A stretch of 64,000 nt of DNA from Candidatus Bathyarchaeota archaeon (GTDB taxonomy: Archaea; Thermoproteota; Bathyarchaeia; Bathyarchaeales; Bathycorpusculaceae). The DNA is taken from positions 128,001 through 192,000 of the forward strand of contig CAWABA010000009.1 in assembly GCA_963780185.1 (NCBI GenBank). Reading direction: 5' to 3'. Positions 29,055 to 39,869 of the stretch are shown piece after piece. Made by a program: the position numbers and the translations under genes. The notes below the pieces were generated by a model. It was not told the origin of the DNA. It saw only the letters and a program-made list of their open reading frames with translations, and made no database searches. Numbering within the stretch: the first letter of the stretch is position 1; the number at the start of each line of letters is the position of its first letter.

Positions 29055-29204
29055 ATGCTTCGTGAAGATTGCCCGTGCCCCAAGAAGAAATGCGTCAGGC
29101 GGGGAAAATGTGAGGAATGCACTCAACATCACTCTGCAAAAGGCAAGTTGCCTTATTGCAAAAGACCTAAGAGTTCGCTTTTCGGTTTCTTAAAAAAGAA
29201 ATAG
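29055..29204 (+). CDS. Small Cys/His-rich protein (49 aa, DUF6485-like)
   Basis: Hand translation: MLREDCPCPKKKCVRRGKCEECTQHHSAKGKLPYCKRPKSSLFGFLKKK. Confidence 0.7.
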   Translation: MLREDCPCPKKKCVRRGKCEECTQHHSAKGKLPYCKRPKSSLFGFLKKK

Positions 29205-29308
29205 CCATGCAGCGGACAGGCTGCTGGTTTTTTGTGGGTTTTTCAAGTTTTAGTTGCATAGTTTTTATTCTGGCTTCGCATCTGTTTACTGGGATTTAAG
29301 AGGGAACT

Positions 29309-30490
29309 TTGGGTTTGAATGGGAAGCCGCTGGTCAGCATAATAGGTGCTGGCATGTCAAAGTTCGGCAAGCATGATGGCTTACTTGCAAGAGAACTGTT
29401 TGCGGAAGCAGCCAAAGAAGCGTTCAGCCGCTGCCCCAAACTTGACCCCAAAGCCGATATCAAAGCCCTGTTCATCGGGCACATGGGCGAAGCTTACGAG
29501 CATCAAGGTCACATGGGCGCAATCGCCGCGGATTGGGCTGGAATCACAGGAGTCGCAGCCACCCGTACAGAGTCCGCTTGCGCTTCTTCAGGCGCCGCTT
29601 TGCGTTCAGGAATCTACGCTGCGATGTCTGGGCTTGCCGACGTAGTTATCGTGGGCGGCGTCGAAAAAATGACTCATCGCACCACCTCCGAGGTAACTGA
29701 GTATTTGGCTATGGCTTCCGATTTTCCGTTTGAACAGTGGCACGGCATCACTTTTCCAGGCTTGTACGCGATGATGGCGACTGCCCATATGCACCAATAC
29801 GGAACCACTGAAGAGCAAATCGCGAAGGTAGCAGTCAAAAACCATCATAATGGAAGCCTAAACCCCAAAGCCCACATGCAAAAGGAAATCACCCTGCAAG
29901 CCGCCATGTCGTCACGCTACGTCGCTTGGCCGCTTAAACTCTTCGATTGCTCCCTGATTACAGACGGCGCAAGCTGCATAATCTTAACCCGACCTGAACT
30001 CGCCGGCAAATACACCGACATGCCCGTGCAAATCATCGGCAGCGGACAGGCAACCGACACAATCGGTCTGTACCAACGCCAAAGCCTAACGTCGCTAAAC
30101 GCCACCAAATTGGCGGCGAAGACAGCTTACGAAATGGCTAAGGTAAAGCCCGAAGACATCGAGTTGGCTGAAGTTCACGATTGCTTCACTATAGCAGAGC
30201 TTATGGCATACGAGGACCTCGGCTTCTGTCTTCTTGGAAAAAGCGGCAAAATGGTGGACGACGGCGAAACCGACCTCGGTGGGCGAATCTCAGTTAACAC
30301 AAGCGGAGGCTTAAAAGCCAAAGGTCACCCAGTCGGTGCTACGGGAACCGCGCAAGCCTACGAAATCTACCTGCAACTCACGGGTCAAGCTGGAAAACGC
30401 CAAGTGAAAGATGCCAAGGTAGGGTTAACTCAAAACGTCGGCGGGTCAGGCGCGACGGCGGCTGTTCACATTTACAGGAGAGATCGATAG
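29309..30490 (+). CDS. Archaeal thiolase (acetyl-CoA C-acetyltransferase)
   Basis: ESACASSG, GGVEKM, VAVKNH, EVHDCFT, NTSGGLKAKGHPVGATG, NVGGSG. Confidence 0.93.
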   Translation: MGLNGKPLVSIIGAGMSKFGKHDGLLARELFAEAAKEAFSRCPKLDPKADIKALFIGHMGEAYEHQGHMGAIAADWAGITGVAATRTESACASSGAALRSGIYAAMSGLADVVIVGGVEKMTHRTTSEVTEYLAMASDFPFEQWHGITFPGLYAMMATAHMHQYGTTEEQIAKVAVKNHHNGSLNPKAHMQKEITLQAAMSSRYVAWPLKLFDCSLITDGASCIILTRPELAGKYTDMPVQIIGSGQATDTIGLYQRQSLTSLNATKLAAKTAYEMAKVKPEDIELAEVHDCFTIAELMAYEDLGFCLLGKSGKMVDDGETDLGGRISVNTSGGLKAKGHPVGATGTAQAYEIYLQLTGQAGKRQVKDAKVGLTQNVGGSGATAAVHIYRRDR

Positions 30491-30895
30491 ATGAGCGTGC
30501 AAGAGCCCTTCTCAATCGATCAGTTCTACAAGTTCCTGCAGCAGCAAAAGTTGATGGCTGCAAAATGCCTCAACTGCGGAAAAATCCATTTACCACCCAG
30601 ACCGCTTTGCGACAACTGCCTCTCACAGGAATTTGAATGGATCAACATCTCGGGAAAAGGCAAATTGCTTACCTACACGGTCATAAACGTGGCGCCCGAA
30701 CAATTCCATGCGTTGACCCCCTATGCGGTTGGCATTGTCCAGCTTGAAAACGGCTTAAAGATTCCTGGCATGATTAACGGCGTGACTCAGGAACAGTTGA
30801 AGATAGGTATGGAGTTAACGTTGGATTTCGGCACGTGTAGCACAACGCAGGATTGGCCGCAATGGCCAAGGTACTGCTTTAAGCCTACAGTTTAA
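30491..30895 (+). CDS. DUF35 Zn-ribbon/OB-fold thiolase partner
   Basis: KCLNCGKIHLPPRPLCDNC, GKLLTYTVI, PYAVGIVQLENG; abuts the thiolase stop. Confidence 0.92.
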   Translation: MSVQEPFSIDQFYKFLQQQKLMAAKCLNCGKIHLPPRPLCDNCLSQEFEWINISGKGKLLTYTVINVAPEQFHALTPYAVGIVQLENGLKIPGMINGVTQEQLKIGMELTLDFGTCSTTQDWPQWPRYCFKPTV

Positions 30896-30909
30896 GCTGC
30901 CTATTTTTT

Positions 30910-31509
30910 TTAGAAGTAGCTTTTGCGTTTTATCCAAGCCCAAACGACAATCACGAACACTGGCAGCAGGGTAAGGAAAACCAGCAGGTAATTCAAGTTG
31001 GGACTCAAACTGTAAGGGAACACGAGGCTTACCAGCAGATCCCTGACGAAGAATTCCCATACCGCAATGTATGAGATGGCTGCGGTGATGACGAGGGCTA
31101 AAAACTCGATTTTGCGGGTGTTGTAGATTTCAAGAATATCGATGTGTGCGCGGTGCGATTCGGCTAAAACGCCGATGTGGTCATTTAGTTCCTCGATTGC
31201 ATCTTTTATCAAGAAATCCAATCTGGGACTTGTGTCGATAATCATTTCGCTGATGTAACCCCATTCATGGGACAGATCCAAGACCGCCAGTTTTTCCCTC
31301 TGAAGCTGCTTGTAATCCTCCCAAAGCTCGCGTTCATTTTCAGTTTCTTTGCTCAGGGTAGGCTCAACCCTTGCGGTTGTTTGCTTTAGGGTATCAAAGA
31401 AACAAGTGATTCTGTCCTTTGTAACCTTGTTGTCCACTTGAAGCTTGTCTAATTCGGCTTTGATTTTGTCAAAGTCCACATGAACGCTGTACTCGCTTTC
31501 TGTCATCAC
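30910..31509 (-). CDS. Hypothetical protein with a helical N-terminus and two C-terminal TM helices
   Basis: 199 aa; IEFLALVITAAISYIAVW and YLLVFLTLLPVFVIVVWAW. Confidence 0.65.
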   Translation of the reverse strand: MMTESEYSVHVDFDKIKAELDKLQVDNKVTKDRITCFFDTLKQTTARVEPTLSKETENERELWEDYKQLQREKLAVLDLSHEWGYISEMIIDTSPRLDFLIKDAIEELNDHIGVLAESHRAHIDILEIYNTRKIEFLALVITAAISYIAVWEFFVRDLLVSLVFPYSLSPNLNYLLVFLTLLPVFVIVVWAWIKRKSYF

Positions 31510-31717
31510 AATTCAACTTACCCAGAACTAGCTGCACTAATTACTGTCAGCATATGACTAAAACGAAAACGTGAATAAAAATCATACTGAGCAGCCAAAT
31601 GCTGGAGGCGCCAGTTTTTGGTTTTTGTCGAAGCCATTTTCTGCTGCTGACTAAATGGGGTTCTTTTTCCGCGTGTTCTTGAAAGGTTTAAATAAAAAAT
31701 GGTTTATAATTCTGGGC

Positions 31718-32452
31718 ATGAGCTCCAAGAAAAACGTCAAAGTTAAGACTTACAACCCTCAGAAGCAAGCGAAAAACCGAAAACTCACCTACATCACGGT
31801 TTTGGGAGTCGTTTTGATTGCCATCATAGCCGTCTTGGTGGTTACACAGTCAGGGTTGCTTAAAGCTGGTTCGCCGCAGAGCACTCCTACGCCGACTCCA
31901 ACTGCTTCTTCGTCTCCGACTTCTTCAGGCAATCCGTATCCATCTGTGACTCCGCTTACTTCGCCAGTAGGGGAATTCAGCGCCAGCGGCACCAAAATCC
32001 TCTTCATAACATCCAAAGGCGACATAGTTATCCAAATGCGAAATGACAAACCAATCACAACCGCCAACTTCATCAAGCTGGTTAACATGGGCTACTACAA
32101 CAACACCATCTTCCAGCGAGTTATCGCGGGCTTCATGATTCAGGGCGGAGAAGGAAAAACAACCCAGCCAACCATCAAGAACCTCGAGAGCGGAGATGGC
32201 AACAGCAACCTCAACATGACCATCGCGATGGCGAACGCAGGCGGTGCGAACACAGCAAGCACGCAGTTCTTCATCAACGTAGCCGACAACAGCGACCTCA
32301 ATTCCGGATACACAGTCTTCGGGCAAGTCATCTACGGGCAAAACGTTGTGATGGCGATTTCGAACACGCCTGTAGGGTACAGCACCGAATACCAAGCAAA
32401 CGTTCTGCCGATAACGACGGTAACTATCACGGGCGCAGTTGTCATGCCCTAG
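31718..32452 (+). CDS. Membrane-anchored cyclophilin-type peptidyl-prolyl isomerase
   Basis: PITTANF, YYNNTIFQRVIAGFMIQGG, IAMANAG, STQFFINV, YTVFGQV; N-terminal TM and PT linker. Confidence 0.9.
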   Translation: MSSKKNVKVKTYNPQKQAKNRKLTYITVLGVVLIAIIAVLVVTQSGLLKAGSPQSTPTPTPTASSSPTSSGNPYPSVTPLTSPVGEFSASGTKILFITSKGDIVIQMRNDKPITTANFIKLVNMGYYNNTIFQRVIAGFMIQGGEGKTTQPTIKNLESGDGNSNLNMTIAMANAGGANTASTQFFINVADNSDLNSGYTVFGQVIYGQNVVMAISNTPVGYSTEYQANVLPITTVTITGAVVMP

Positions 32453-32720
32453 GTTCCTCTAACTTCTTATTTTTTTTTAGATATTCCAAAAAACGTCTGG
32501 AACCTTTAGCTACGTGAGTCAAGTTATGGGTTGAATGGGGTAGCTAGCAAATAAACGTGGTTTTGGAATTTAGAAATTTTGAATTCGAAACGTAAAAGCA
32601 TAGAATGTGTATTTTTGTTTAACTAATCCTGCGTTTTACCTCTCATGCATAAGGCTTATAAATCAAAAATCATGATTTCAAATAAATAACAAGGGCTAAA
32701 AAGCTAAGAGTTGAACCTTT

Positions 32721-34151
32721 ATGTTTAGAAACATTTCAAAAAAGAAAGTGTTTTTCGTCTCGGCGTTATTATTGTCAATCGTTTTCCTTGTCAGCATATG
32801 CATTGGATTTGCTTCGGCTCAAACGGCGAGTCCTTCGCCAACGCCCCCGACAAGCACCGTGACGCCTTCATTCAACATGTACGCTTGCCCGTCTTCATTC
32901 TCGGCGGTAGCTGGAACAACCCAAACCTCAACCATAAAAGTTTACTCAGTCGCCAAATTTGCAGGCACACTCGACTTGTCCTGTTCCACTAGCAACGGAA
33001 TAACCTGCAGCCTAGCCTCAGCATCGTTAACACTCAAAAGCAATCAGGCTAAAACGGCAACTGCCACAATAACTATTCCGTCAACGACCGTAGCTGGCAA
33101 ATACCAAATAACAGTGATGGCAAAAAGCGAAGTCGGAACTCTAACCCGGTCCGCATCCATCGTGGTCCAGGTGATAAAACCAGACTTTAACATCCAAGCT
33201 CGTCCCTCTTGCCTCTCGATTGCCAGCGGAACAACGGAGAACGTAATCATCAGTGCAAACTCGCTTAGCCGATTCAACGGAACCGTAGCGTTAACGGCTT
33301 CAGCTCCAAGCGGCTGGCAAACCCCAGTCCTCGCTAAATCCTTTTTGAAGCTCACTTACAATCAAGCTGACAGCACTTCGCTTGCTATTTCGGTGCCTGC
33401 TCAAACAGCCTCTGGAAAATACGCGGTGGTGGTCACTGGAATCAGCGGTTCGCTGTCTCACTCCGTGACCTTAACGGTGGAAGTTTTAAACCCCGACTTC
33501 AACATTTATGCCTCCCCATCATGCCTTAGCCTCGTAGCTGGAACAACTGGAACCTCAACCATACATGTAGGTCCCGTCAACCGATTCAACGGAACAGTCG
33601 CTTTGGCGACGTCAGGTCCCTCAGGTTGGAGTACACCTGCTTTAGCGTCATCTTCAGTCGCAATCACTTACGCCACCAGCGCCACAACCACCTTATCCAT
33701 CGCCGTGCCCTCAGACGCAGCAGCGGGAACATACGCCGTAACGGTGACAAGCACAAGCGGCTCGCTCAGCCGCACTGCAACTGTTAACATCCAAGTCATT
33801 AGACCAACCATCACACTCAAATCGTCCCCAACTCAAATTGCGATACCTGCAGGATCAACTAAAAGCGTGACAATTGGAGTGGTGGGCGGCGGCCGCTACA
33901 ACGGCACGATCTCGCTTTCTGTAACTGCGCCATCCACTTGGACAACCACGCTCGCAAAGCCAACTCTTACCGTTAAGTACAACCAATGCACCGACTCTAC
34001 AAGCCTGCAAATAACAGTTCCAGCAGGCGCATCGGCGGGCAAATACTCAGTAACCATCACGGGAACAAGCAATCCTCTAAGCCTAACCAGCAGCACAGCC
34101 ATAACCGTCACAGTTACCGGTACCGGTACATACCACCCCCTAAAGGCATAA
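32721..34151 (+). CDS. Secreted protein with about 4 Ig-like (COG1470/NEW3-like) repeats
   Basis: Signal peptide; repeated PDFNI.A.P...G.T...FNGTV.L....P.GW...AG.Y.V.VT..SG.L units. Confidence 0.82.
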   Translation: MFRNISKKKVFFVSALLLSIVFLVSICIGFASAQTASPSPTPPTSTVTPSFNMYACPSSFSAVAGTTQTSTIKVYSVAKFAGTLDLSCSTSNGITCSLASASLTLKSNQAKTATATITIPSTTVAGKYQITVMAKSEVGTLTRSASIVVQVIKPDFNIQARPSCLSIASGTTENVIISANSLSRFNGTVALTASAPSGWQTPVLAKSFLKLTYNQADSTSLAISVPAQTASGKYAVVVTGISGSLSHSVTLTVEVLNPDFNIYASPSCLSLVAGTTGTSTIHVGPVNRFNGTVALATSGPSGWSTPALASSSVAITYATSATTTLSIAVPSDAAAGTYAVTVTSTSGSLSRTATVNIQVIRPTITLKSSPTQIAIPAGSTKSVTIGVVGGGRYNGTISLSVTAPSTWTTTLAKPTLTVKYNQCTDSTSLQITVPAGASAGKYSVTITGTSNPLSLTSSTAITVTVTGTGTYHPLKA

Positions 34152-34363
34152 ATTGAAATAAAAACTATCCTTCCCCATCTTTTTTGGGACTTGCTTAAAA
34201 AGCGCCTTTTTCGCCCAGCGGAAATTAGGCAGCTTTTTTGTCTTTTTATTTGGGAATTTGGAAAAAAGGGGTGTTTTGTGCTTAAATATTTGGTTGACGC
34301 TATTGTGAATCTAAGAAATTAATTAACTGAATCATTGCCTGAATCTCGTTTGGAGTTGATTTA

Positions 34364-35593
34364 GTGAAGTACATCCTGGTTGTTGGAGATGGAATGGCTG
34401 ATTGTCCTGTCCCTGAACTCGGAGGCAAAACCCCTCTTCAAGTCGCATACAAACCCAACATGGATTCAATCGCCGCCAACGGGCAAAGCGGACTGCTAAG
34501 AACCGTTCCCGACGAATGCGTCCCAGGCTCAGACACCGCGATCTGCTCCTTGATGGGGTACGACCCGAGGATTTACAACACAGGCAGAGGACCACTCGAA
34601 GCCCCCACAAGAGGCATAAAACTTGGAGCAAACGACGCGGCATACAGGTGCAACTTGATAACTGAAGCAGACGAAGCCATCCTTGATTACTCTTCGGGAC
34701 ACATAACCAGCGAGGAAGCTTCCCAACTGATAGGCGCCGTGGAAGAAGCGTTTGGCAAGCGAGGCAAAATCGAGTTTTACTCTGGGATGGGATACAGACA
34801 CTTCTTGATACTGCGCAACTTCCCACACCCTGAACTGGTAGAATGTACTCCGCCGCATGACGCCATAGGCGTGAAGGTTTCAGCGGTTATGCCGAAAGCC
34901 AAAGCAAAAAAAGCCGAAAAAGACGCTCAACTACTCCGAGACATGATCGAGGGTTCACGAGATATCCTGCGAAGCCACCCCGTCAATGTCACGCGTGAGA
35001 AAGCGGGCAAAAGGCCTGGCAACCTGATTTGGCCTTGGGGCGGAGGCAAAAAACCGTCCATGCCGACTTTGAAGGAAAAATTCGGGTTAACAGGCGCCGT
35101 CATATCTGCAGTTGACTTGGTTAAGGGCATCGGCACTTACGCTGGCATGGAAATCATAAAGGTTCCCGGCGCAACAGGCTTGTACGACACCGATTACGAG
35201 GGCAAAGCAGACGCGACGCTTAGAGCATTGCGAAATGTAGATTTGGTTTTCGTCCACGTTGAAGCGCCCGACGAGGCAGGTCACGCAAAAGACGCTAAGC
35301 TTAAAGTGAAGACGATTGAGGATTTAGATAAGAGACTTCTCGGCAGAATTCTCGGCGGCTTAACGGAGCCTTACGCAATTTCGATTTCACCCGACCACCC
35401 AACACCCGTTGGAACTGGCACCCATTCAAGAGAACCCGTGCCGTTCGCGATCAAGTCGCCTGGGCTTGAGCCTGACGGAGTCAAAAAGTTCGATGAGGAA
35501 TCCGCTAAAAAAGGCGCCTTCGGCACAGTAACCGACGACTACTTGATTTCAATGCTTGTCAACGCAGGCAAGCAGGTTCCGCCAAAAGAATAG
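34364..35593 (+). CDS. apgM: Cofactor-independent phosphoglycerate mutase
   Basis: GDGMAD, GKTPLQ, PGSDTA, GRGPLEA, HVEAPDEAGH, PDHPTP, HSREPVP. Confidence 0.93.
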   Translation: MKYILVVGDGMADCPVPELGGKTPLQVAYKPNMDSIAANGQSGLLRTVPDECVPGSDTAICSLMGYDPRIYNTGRGPLEAPTRGIKLGANDAAYRCNLITEADEAILDYSSGHITSEEASQLIGAVEEAFGKRGKIEFYSGMGYRHFLILRNFPHPELVECTPPHDAIGVKVSAVMPKAKAKKAEKDAQLLRDMIEGSRDILRSHPVNVTREKAGKRPGNLIWPWGGGKKPSMPTLKEKFGLTGAVISAVDLVKGIGTYAGMEIIKVPGATGLYDTDYEGKADATLRALRNVDLVFVHVEAPDEAGHAKDAKLKVKTIEDLDKRLLGRILGGLTEPYAISISPDHPTPVGTGTHSREPVPFAIKSPGLEPDGVKKFDEESAKKGAFGTVTDDYLISMLVNAGKQVPPKE

Positions 35594-35625
35594 CCAACCT
35601 CCGGGGCTTTGGGTTTTTGTTCTCG

Positions 35626-36219
35626 CTATTTCTTGAGTAGACCCACTATTCCCTTCTTGTAGATTGCAGCTAGGGCGAGAGCATTTATCGCTATGAGGTA
35701 CGCTGGAAACGCATATTCTGAAAAGGTCCACATGGTAGCGGCGGCGAAGCTTGTTGCAGGGGCGAAGGAACCCACTACGAAGGGCCACGGCGACTCCGAC
35801 TCAGGGTAGCTCCAACTCTTTGTTAGCGTTGGGACGGCGGCTAGGGCGTCGCTTGCAATTGCCAAGGTTATCGCCAGGTTCGGATCCCTTGTGACGAGCC
35901 AAAGGATTATGGCGAGGGCTGAGAGGACGCCGCAGGCGTAGTCGAAGGACGAGATTTTCCAGGTTCCCTTTGTGAAGAAAGAAGCAACAAAAATCAGGAA
36001 GGGACCGAACCCCGACATGAAAACTGGAAGAACTGCCCACCCCACGCCGCTGCTAACAGCCGCCGCCGTCGCGATAAACGGCGCAATAGTCCACATAAAC
36101 CAGCTAATCCTGTTGGGTTTGGCGCCTCCCCTGAACATCGAACGTATATAAACCGCTGCTGCAAGCAACGAAATCGCTGCGGCAACGAACACAAGGTACT
36201 CAAGCGCCATGCGAGCCAA
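35626..36219 (-). CDS. Multi-pass membrane protein
   Basis: KPNRISWFMW, DALAAVPTLTKSWSYPESE; 6-7 TM helices. Confidence 0.75.
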   Translation of the reverse strand: MARMALEYLVFVAAAISLLAAAVYIRSMFRGGAKPNRISWFMWTIAPFIATAAAVSSGVGWAVLPVFMSGFGPFLIFVASFFTKGTWKISSFDYACGVLSALAIILWLVTRDPNLAITLAIASDALAAVPTLTKSWSYPESESPWPFVVGSFAPATSFAAATMWTFSEYAFPAYLIAINALALAAIYKKGIVGLLKK

Positions 36220-36399
36220 ATCCGACTTATGGTTGCCTCTCAGTTTGCAGCTTTAACCTTAAATTCTTATGCGAAACACTCTCGACTTTCGGACGGTTTT
36301 CCGAAGCGTGGCGCAAGTTAGGTTTTTGGCTTTTTAGGCTGGCTTTTTTGCTGAAGTTTTGCTAGGTGCTGGGTTCCATGAGGCATGTGGCTAGCTGTT

Positions 36400-36708
36400 T
36401 TAGCAGCCTGCTTGGATGTTTTTGTGGTCGATGTCTTTTATTCGTTTGCTGATGGCTTTCTGGATGTCTGGGTCTCCCTCGACATGTTTGGCTTCAACCA
36501 GAAGGTCTTTTGCGACGCATAGGCTTTTTTCGCCGAATATGTTGGCGAAGTTGCTGGATCGTTTCTCAAGAAGACGCAGGTATCTGGGTAGGATGCAGAC
36601 GAAGTTGAGCGGGTAACGTTTTCCCTTATCTAAGTCTACGACGACTAGTTGGACGTTCCTGTCGAGTTTCTGGTTGCCTTTTTTGACTGCATACAGTTTT
36701 AGGTTCAT
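36400..36708 (-). CDS. Conserved hypothetical protein
   Basis: VVDLDKGKRYPLNFVCILP block; 102 aa. Confidence 0.6.
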   Translation of the reverse strand: MNLKLYAVKKGNQKLDRNVQLVVVDLDKGKRYPLNFVCILPRYLRLLEKRSSNFANIFGEKSLCVAKDLLVEAKHVEGDPDIQKAISKRIKDIDHKNIQAGC

Positions 36709-36966
36709 TTTTCCCCACCGACCGCTAACTTGTCAAGTTTTTGTTCACCGCAAGTTTAACTTTTCTTCACCCTTGTTTGCGCCTCTAGCAAATATTAAGT
36801 TTCTTGCAAAGCCCAATCAGGTAATTTGTTAAATCCAATTCCTACCATGAATCCTCAACAGCTAACCAAGCCCACCAACCATAAACGGTTGGTTTTTCAG
36901 GCAGAAGCCCCCATTTTCAAAGTAAAAGGTTAAAACACGCCGCAAACAGATGAAGCCTCAGGAAAA

Positions 36967-39858
36967 ATGCAGAATCAACCCACCGTTTTCAATTTGCTTG
37001 CTGCACCTGTTCAAAAAGCGTTAGCCGAGCTTGGCTTCATCGACCCCACTTCTCCGCAGACCCAAGCGTTCCCAGCGGTGATCGAAGGCAAAAACGTTCT
37101 TCTAATTGCCCCAACCGGAAGCGGAAAAACAGAGGCAGTTCTTCTACCCGTCTTCTCCAAGCTGATTGAACAGCCAACCCAAGGTCAGAAGGGAATAAGG
37201 GTGCTCTACATTACGCCTCTTCGCGCCTTAAACCGCGACATGCTAAAACGCCTGACACTTTGGGCGCAGAAACTTGGCTTTACCGTGGAAGTCCGTCATG
37301 GCGACACCGAGCAGAAAACGCGGCGAATGCAAGCCAAAAACCCGCCGACCCTGCTGGTTACCACACCTGAAACCCTGCAGGCAGTGCTTCCCGGAGCCCA
37401 AATGCGTCAGCACCTGCGAAACGTCGAAGTCGTCATCGTGGACGAGGTGCATGATTTGGCTTCAAGCAAACGCGGCGCCCAACTTTCCATTGCTCTTGAG
37501 CGGCTACAGTTGGTTACGGGCAGGGGCTTCCAGAGAATCGGTTTGTCAGCAACTGTCGGGAACCCGCAGGAAATCGCCAAGTACATCGCTGGAGATCGCC
37601 GAAAAATAAGCATCATAGAAGCCTCGCCTCAGAAAAGCTACCGCTACAACGTAGAAAACCCAACGCCGACCGAAGCTGATTACGAGTTGGCTGGAAAGTT
37701 GGAGACGTCGCCTGAAGCTGCGGCAAGGATTAAGCGGATTTTGGAGCTTGTGGATTCGCATAAGTCAACGCTTGTTTTCGTTAACAGCCGCACGGTCGCG
37801 GAGGTTTTGGGGCATAAGCTTCAGCAGCTTAAACGGGACGACATCGCGGTTCATCATGGCTCCATCAGTAAAGAGGAAAGAATCGCGATTGAAGACGAGT
37901 TCAAGGCTGGGCAACTGAAAGCCATCATTTGCACGAGTACTTTGGAGTTGGGCATAGACATCGGCAACGTGGATTTGGTTGTCCAGTATATGTCGCCTCG
38001 GCAGGTAAACAGCCTCATTCAACGAGTCGGCAGAAGTGGACACAGCTTAGACAGGGCTTCTGAGGGCACTATAATCACGGTTTACCCCGACGACACCTTG
38101 GAAGCTTTGGCGTCGATAAAAAACGCCAAAAACAACCTGATTGAACCCGTGCTGATGCATGAGGGGGCGCTTGATGTTTTGTCGCATCAAATCGCTGGGC
38201 TGCTAATGGATCTGCAACAGGTCAGTCTGGATGAGTTGTCGCGTCTGCTGCATAGGTCGTATCTGTACCGAAACTTGGGGAAAAATGAGTTGCTGGACAT
38301 GATACACTTTTTAGATAGCCTAAACCATTTAAGATTCGACGAAGTCGACCAAGTTTTGACTAAAACACGCCGAACCCGCGAATACTACTACAGCAACCTC
38401 TCGATGATTCCAGACGAACGACGCTACCCCGTCATAAACATCCTCTCCGACCGAAAAATCGGCACGTTAGGAGACGAATTCATGGCGTTGCATGCGCGGG
38501 TGGGGTTGAATTTCATCATGAAGGGCAAGGTGTGGCGTATTGTGCAGATTGAAGATGAAGCGGGAACCGTGCATGTGTTGCCGTCTGAAGACCCGTTTGC
38601 GTCTGTTCCCGGCTGGGACGGAGAAATCTTGCCTGTGCCCTTCGAGCTTGCCCAGCAAACAGGGCGCAACAGGGAACGAATTGCGCAGGTGCTCAGGGAG
38701 ACTGGAGAAGTTAAGGCTGCTGCTGAGGTTTTAGCCAAGGAATTAGGCTCAGACAAAGACAGCATGCTTGAGGCAATCTCCGAGGTTGACGAACAAATAA
38801 GGCAGAACGCGCCTCTGCCCACTGAGAAACATGTTGTTCTGGAGGTTTACGACAAATACCTGATTGTTCACGCTTGCTTCGGTGAGTTGGTTAACAAGAC
38901 ACTGGGCGGCGTCTTCGACACAGTGCTGTCCGAGCGCGAACTCATCACGGGTTGGTGGACAGACGGCTACCGAATCCTACTTGAGTTGGCGCGCAAACCC
39001 AACAAGGAAGAAGTCGCCGAGCTTCCCAAAACCCTGTTCGGGCTCAGTGACAAAGCGGTTGACTCGGCGTTTGAGAAGTATTTGGAAGCCAAGTTCCCGT
39101 TCGGCTACAAGATGAAGGCGGTGGCGGAGCGCTTCGGCGTTTTGCCCCGTGGAAAAACGATGAGTCACGAGCGGCAAGCTGAGCTGCGGGCGCGGTTTGA
39201 CAACACGCCTGTTTACCGTGAAACCATCCGCGAAGCAATGATGGAAAAAGTCGATTTGCCCCAAACCAAACAAATCATGCATGACGTGGCAGCGGGAAAA
39301 ATCAAACTAACAACCTACCTAAGCTACGAAAAACCGACGCCTTTAGCCTACCATATTCTGTCAAAATACGCCGACGTCACCGAGTTGATGGCTCCTGAAC
39401 GAGTCATCGTGAACAATATTGACAAGCTCAAGATGGCGATAGATGCCCGAACGATAACGTTGATTTGCCTGAAATGTTCTCAGTGGACGGGACAGGAAAA
39501 AATCAAGGATTTGCCCATGCAGCCCCAGTGCCCCAAATGCGGTTCTGGACTTTTGGCGCCGCTTTACCGCAGCCAAGACGCCAACCAACTGTGGGATGCT
39601 TTGGCGCGAAGACGAGAAGGCAAAGAACTAACCCCGGAAGAACTCAAAGAGCTTAGCCAAGCGCGGCGGAAGGCGGATTTGATTTTGAGTTACGGCAAGG
39701 ACGCTGTGCGGGCTCTGCAGGTGAAGGGTGTGGGTCCCGAGACGGCGTCGCGGATACTGGGCAAGATGCACTCGGATGAAGACGGGTTCTACATGGACCT
39801 GCTCAAAGCGAAGGTTCAGTACCTGCGGACAAGAGAATATTGGGACAAACAAAATTGA
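36967..39858 (+). CDS. lhr: Lhr-family ATP-dependent DEAD/H helicase
   Basis: APTGSGKTEA, ITPLRALNRD, VRHGDT, IVDEVH, GLSATVG, HHGS, QRVGRSGH; C-terminal CxxC...CPKCGS. Confidence 0.93.
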   Translation: MQNQPTVFNLLAAPVQKALAELGFIDPTSPQTQAFPAVIEGKNVLLIAPTGSGKTEAVLLPVFSKLIEQPTQGQKGIRVLYITPLRALNRDMLKRLTLWAQKLGFTVEVRHGDTEQKTRRMQAKNPPTLLVTTPETLQAVLPGAQMRQHLRNVEVVIVDEVHDLASSKRGAQLSIALERLQLVTGRGFQRIGLSATVGNPQEIAKYIAGDRRKISIIEASPQKSYRYNVENPTPTEADYELAGKLETSPEAAARIKRILELVDSHKSTLVFVNSRTVAEVLGHKLQQLKRDDIAVHHGSISKEERIAIEDEFKAGQLKAIICTSTLELGIDIGNVDLVVQYMSPRQVNSLIQRVGRSGHSLDRASEGTIITVYPDDTLEALASIKNAKNNLIEPVLMHEGALDVLSHQIAGLLMDLQQVSLDELSRLLHRSYLYRNLGKNELLDMIHFLDSLNHLRFDEVDQVLTKTRRTREYYYSNLSMIPDERRYPVINILSDRKIGTLGDEFMALHARVGLNFIMKGKVWRIVQIEDEAGTVHVLPSEDPFASVPGWDGEILPVPFELAQQTGRNRERIAQVLRETGEVKAAAEVLAKELGSDKDSMLEAISEVDEQIRQNAPLPTEKHVVLEVYDKYLIVHACFGELVNKTLGGVFDTVLSERELITGWWTDGYRILLELARKPNKEEVAELPKTLFGLSDKAVDSAFEKYLEAKFPFGYKMKAVAERFGVLPRGKTMSHERQAELRARFDNTPVYRETIREAMMEKVDLPQTKQIMHDVAAGKIKLTTYLSYEKPTPLAYHILSKYADVTELMAPERVIVNNIDKLKMAIDARTITLICLKCSQWTGQEKIKDLPMQPQCPKCGSGLLAPLYRSQDANQLWDALARRREGKELTPEELKELSQARRKADLILSYGKDAVRALQVKGVGPETASRILGKMHSDEDGFYMDLLKAKVQYLRTREYWDKQN

Positions 39859-39869
39859 ATGTCTTGAAG

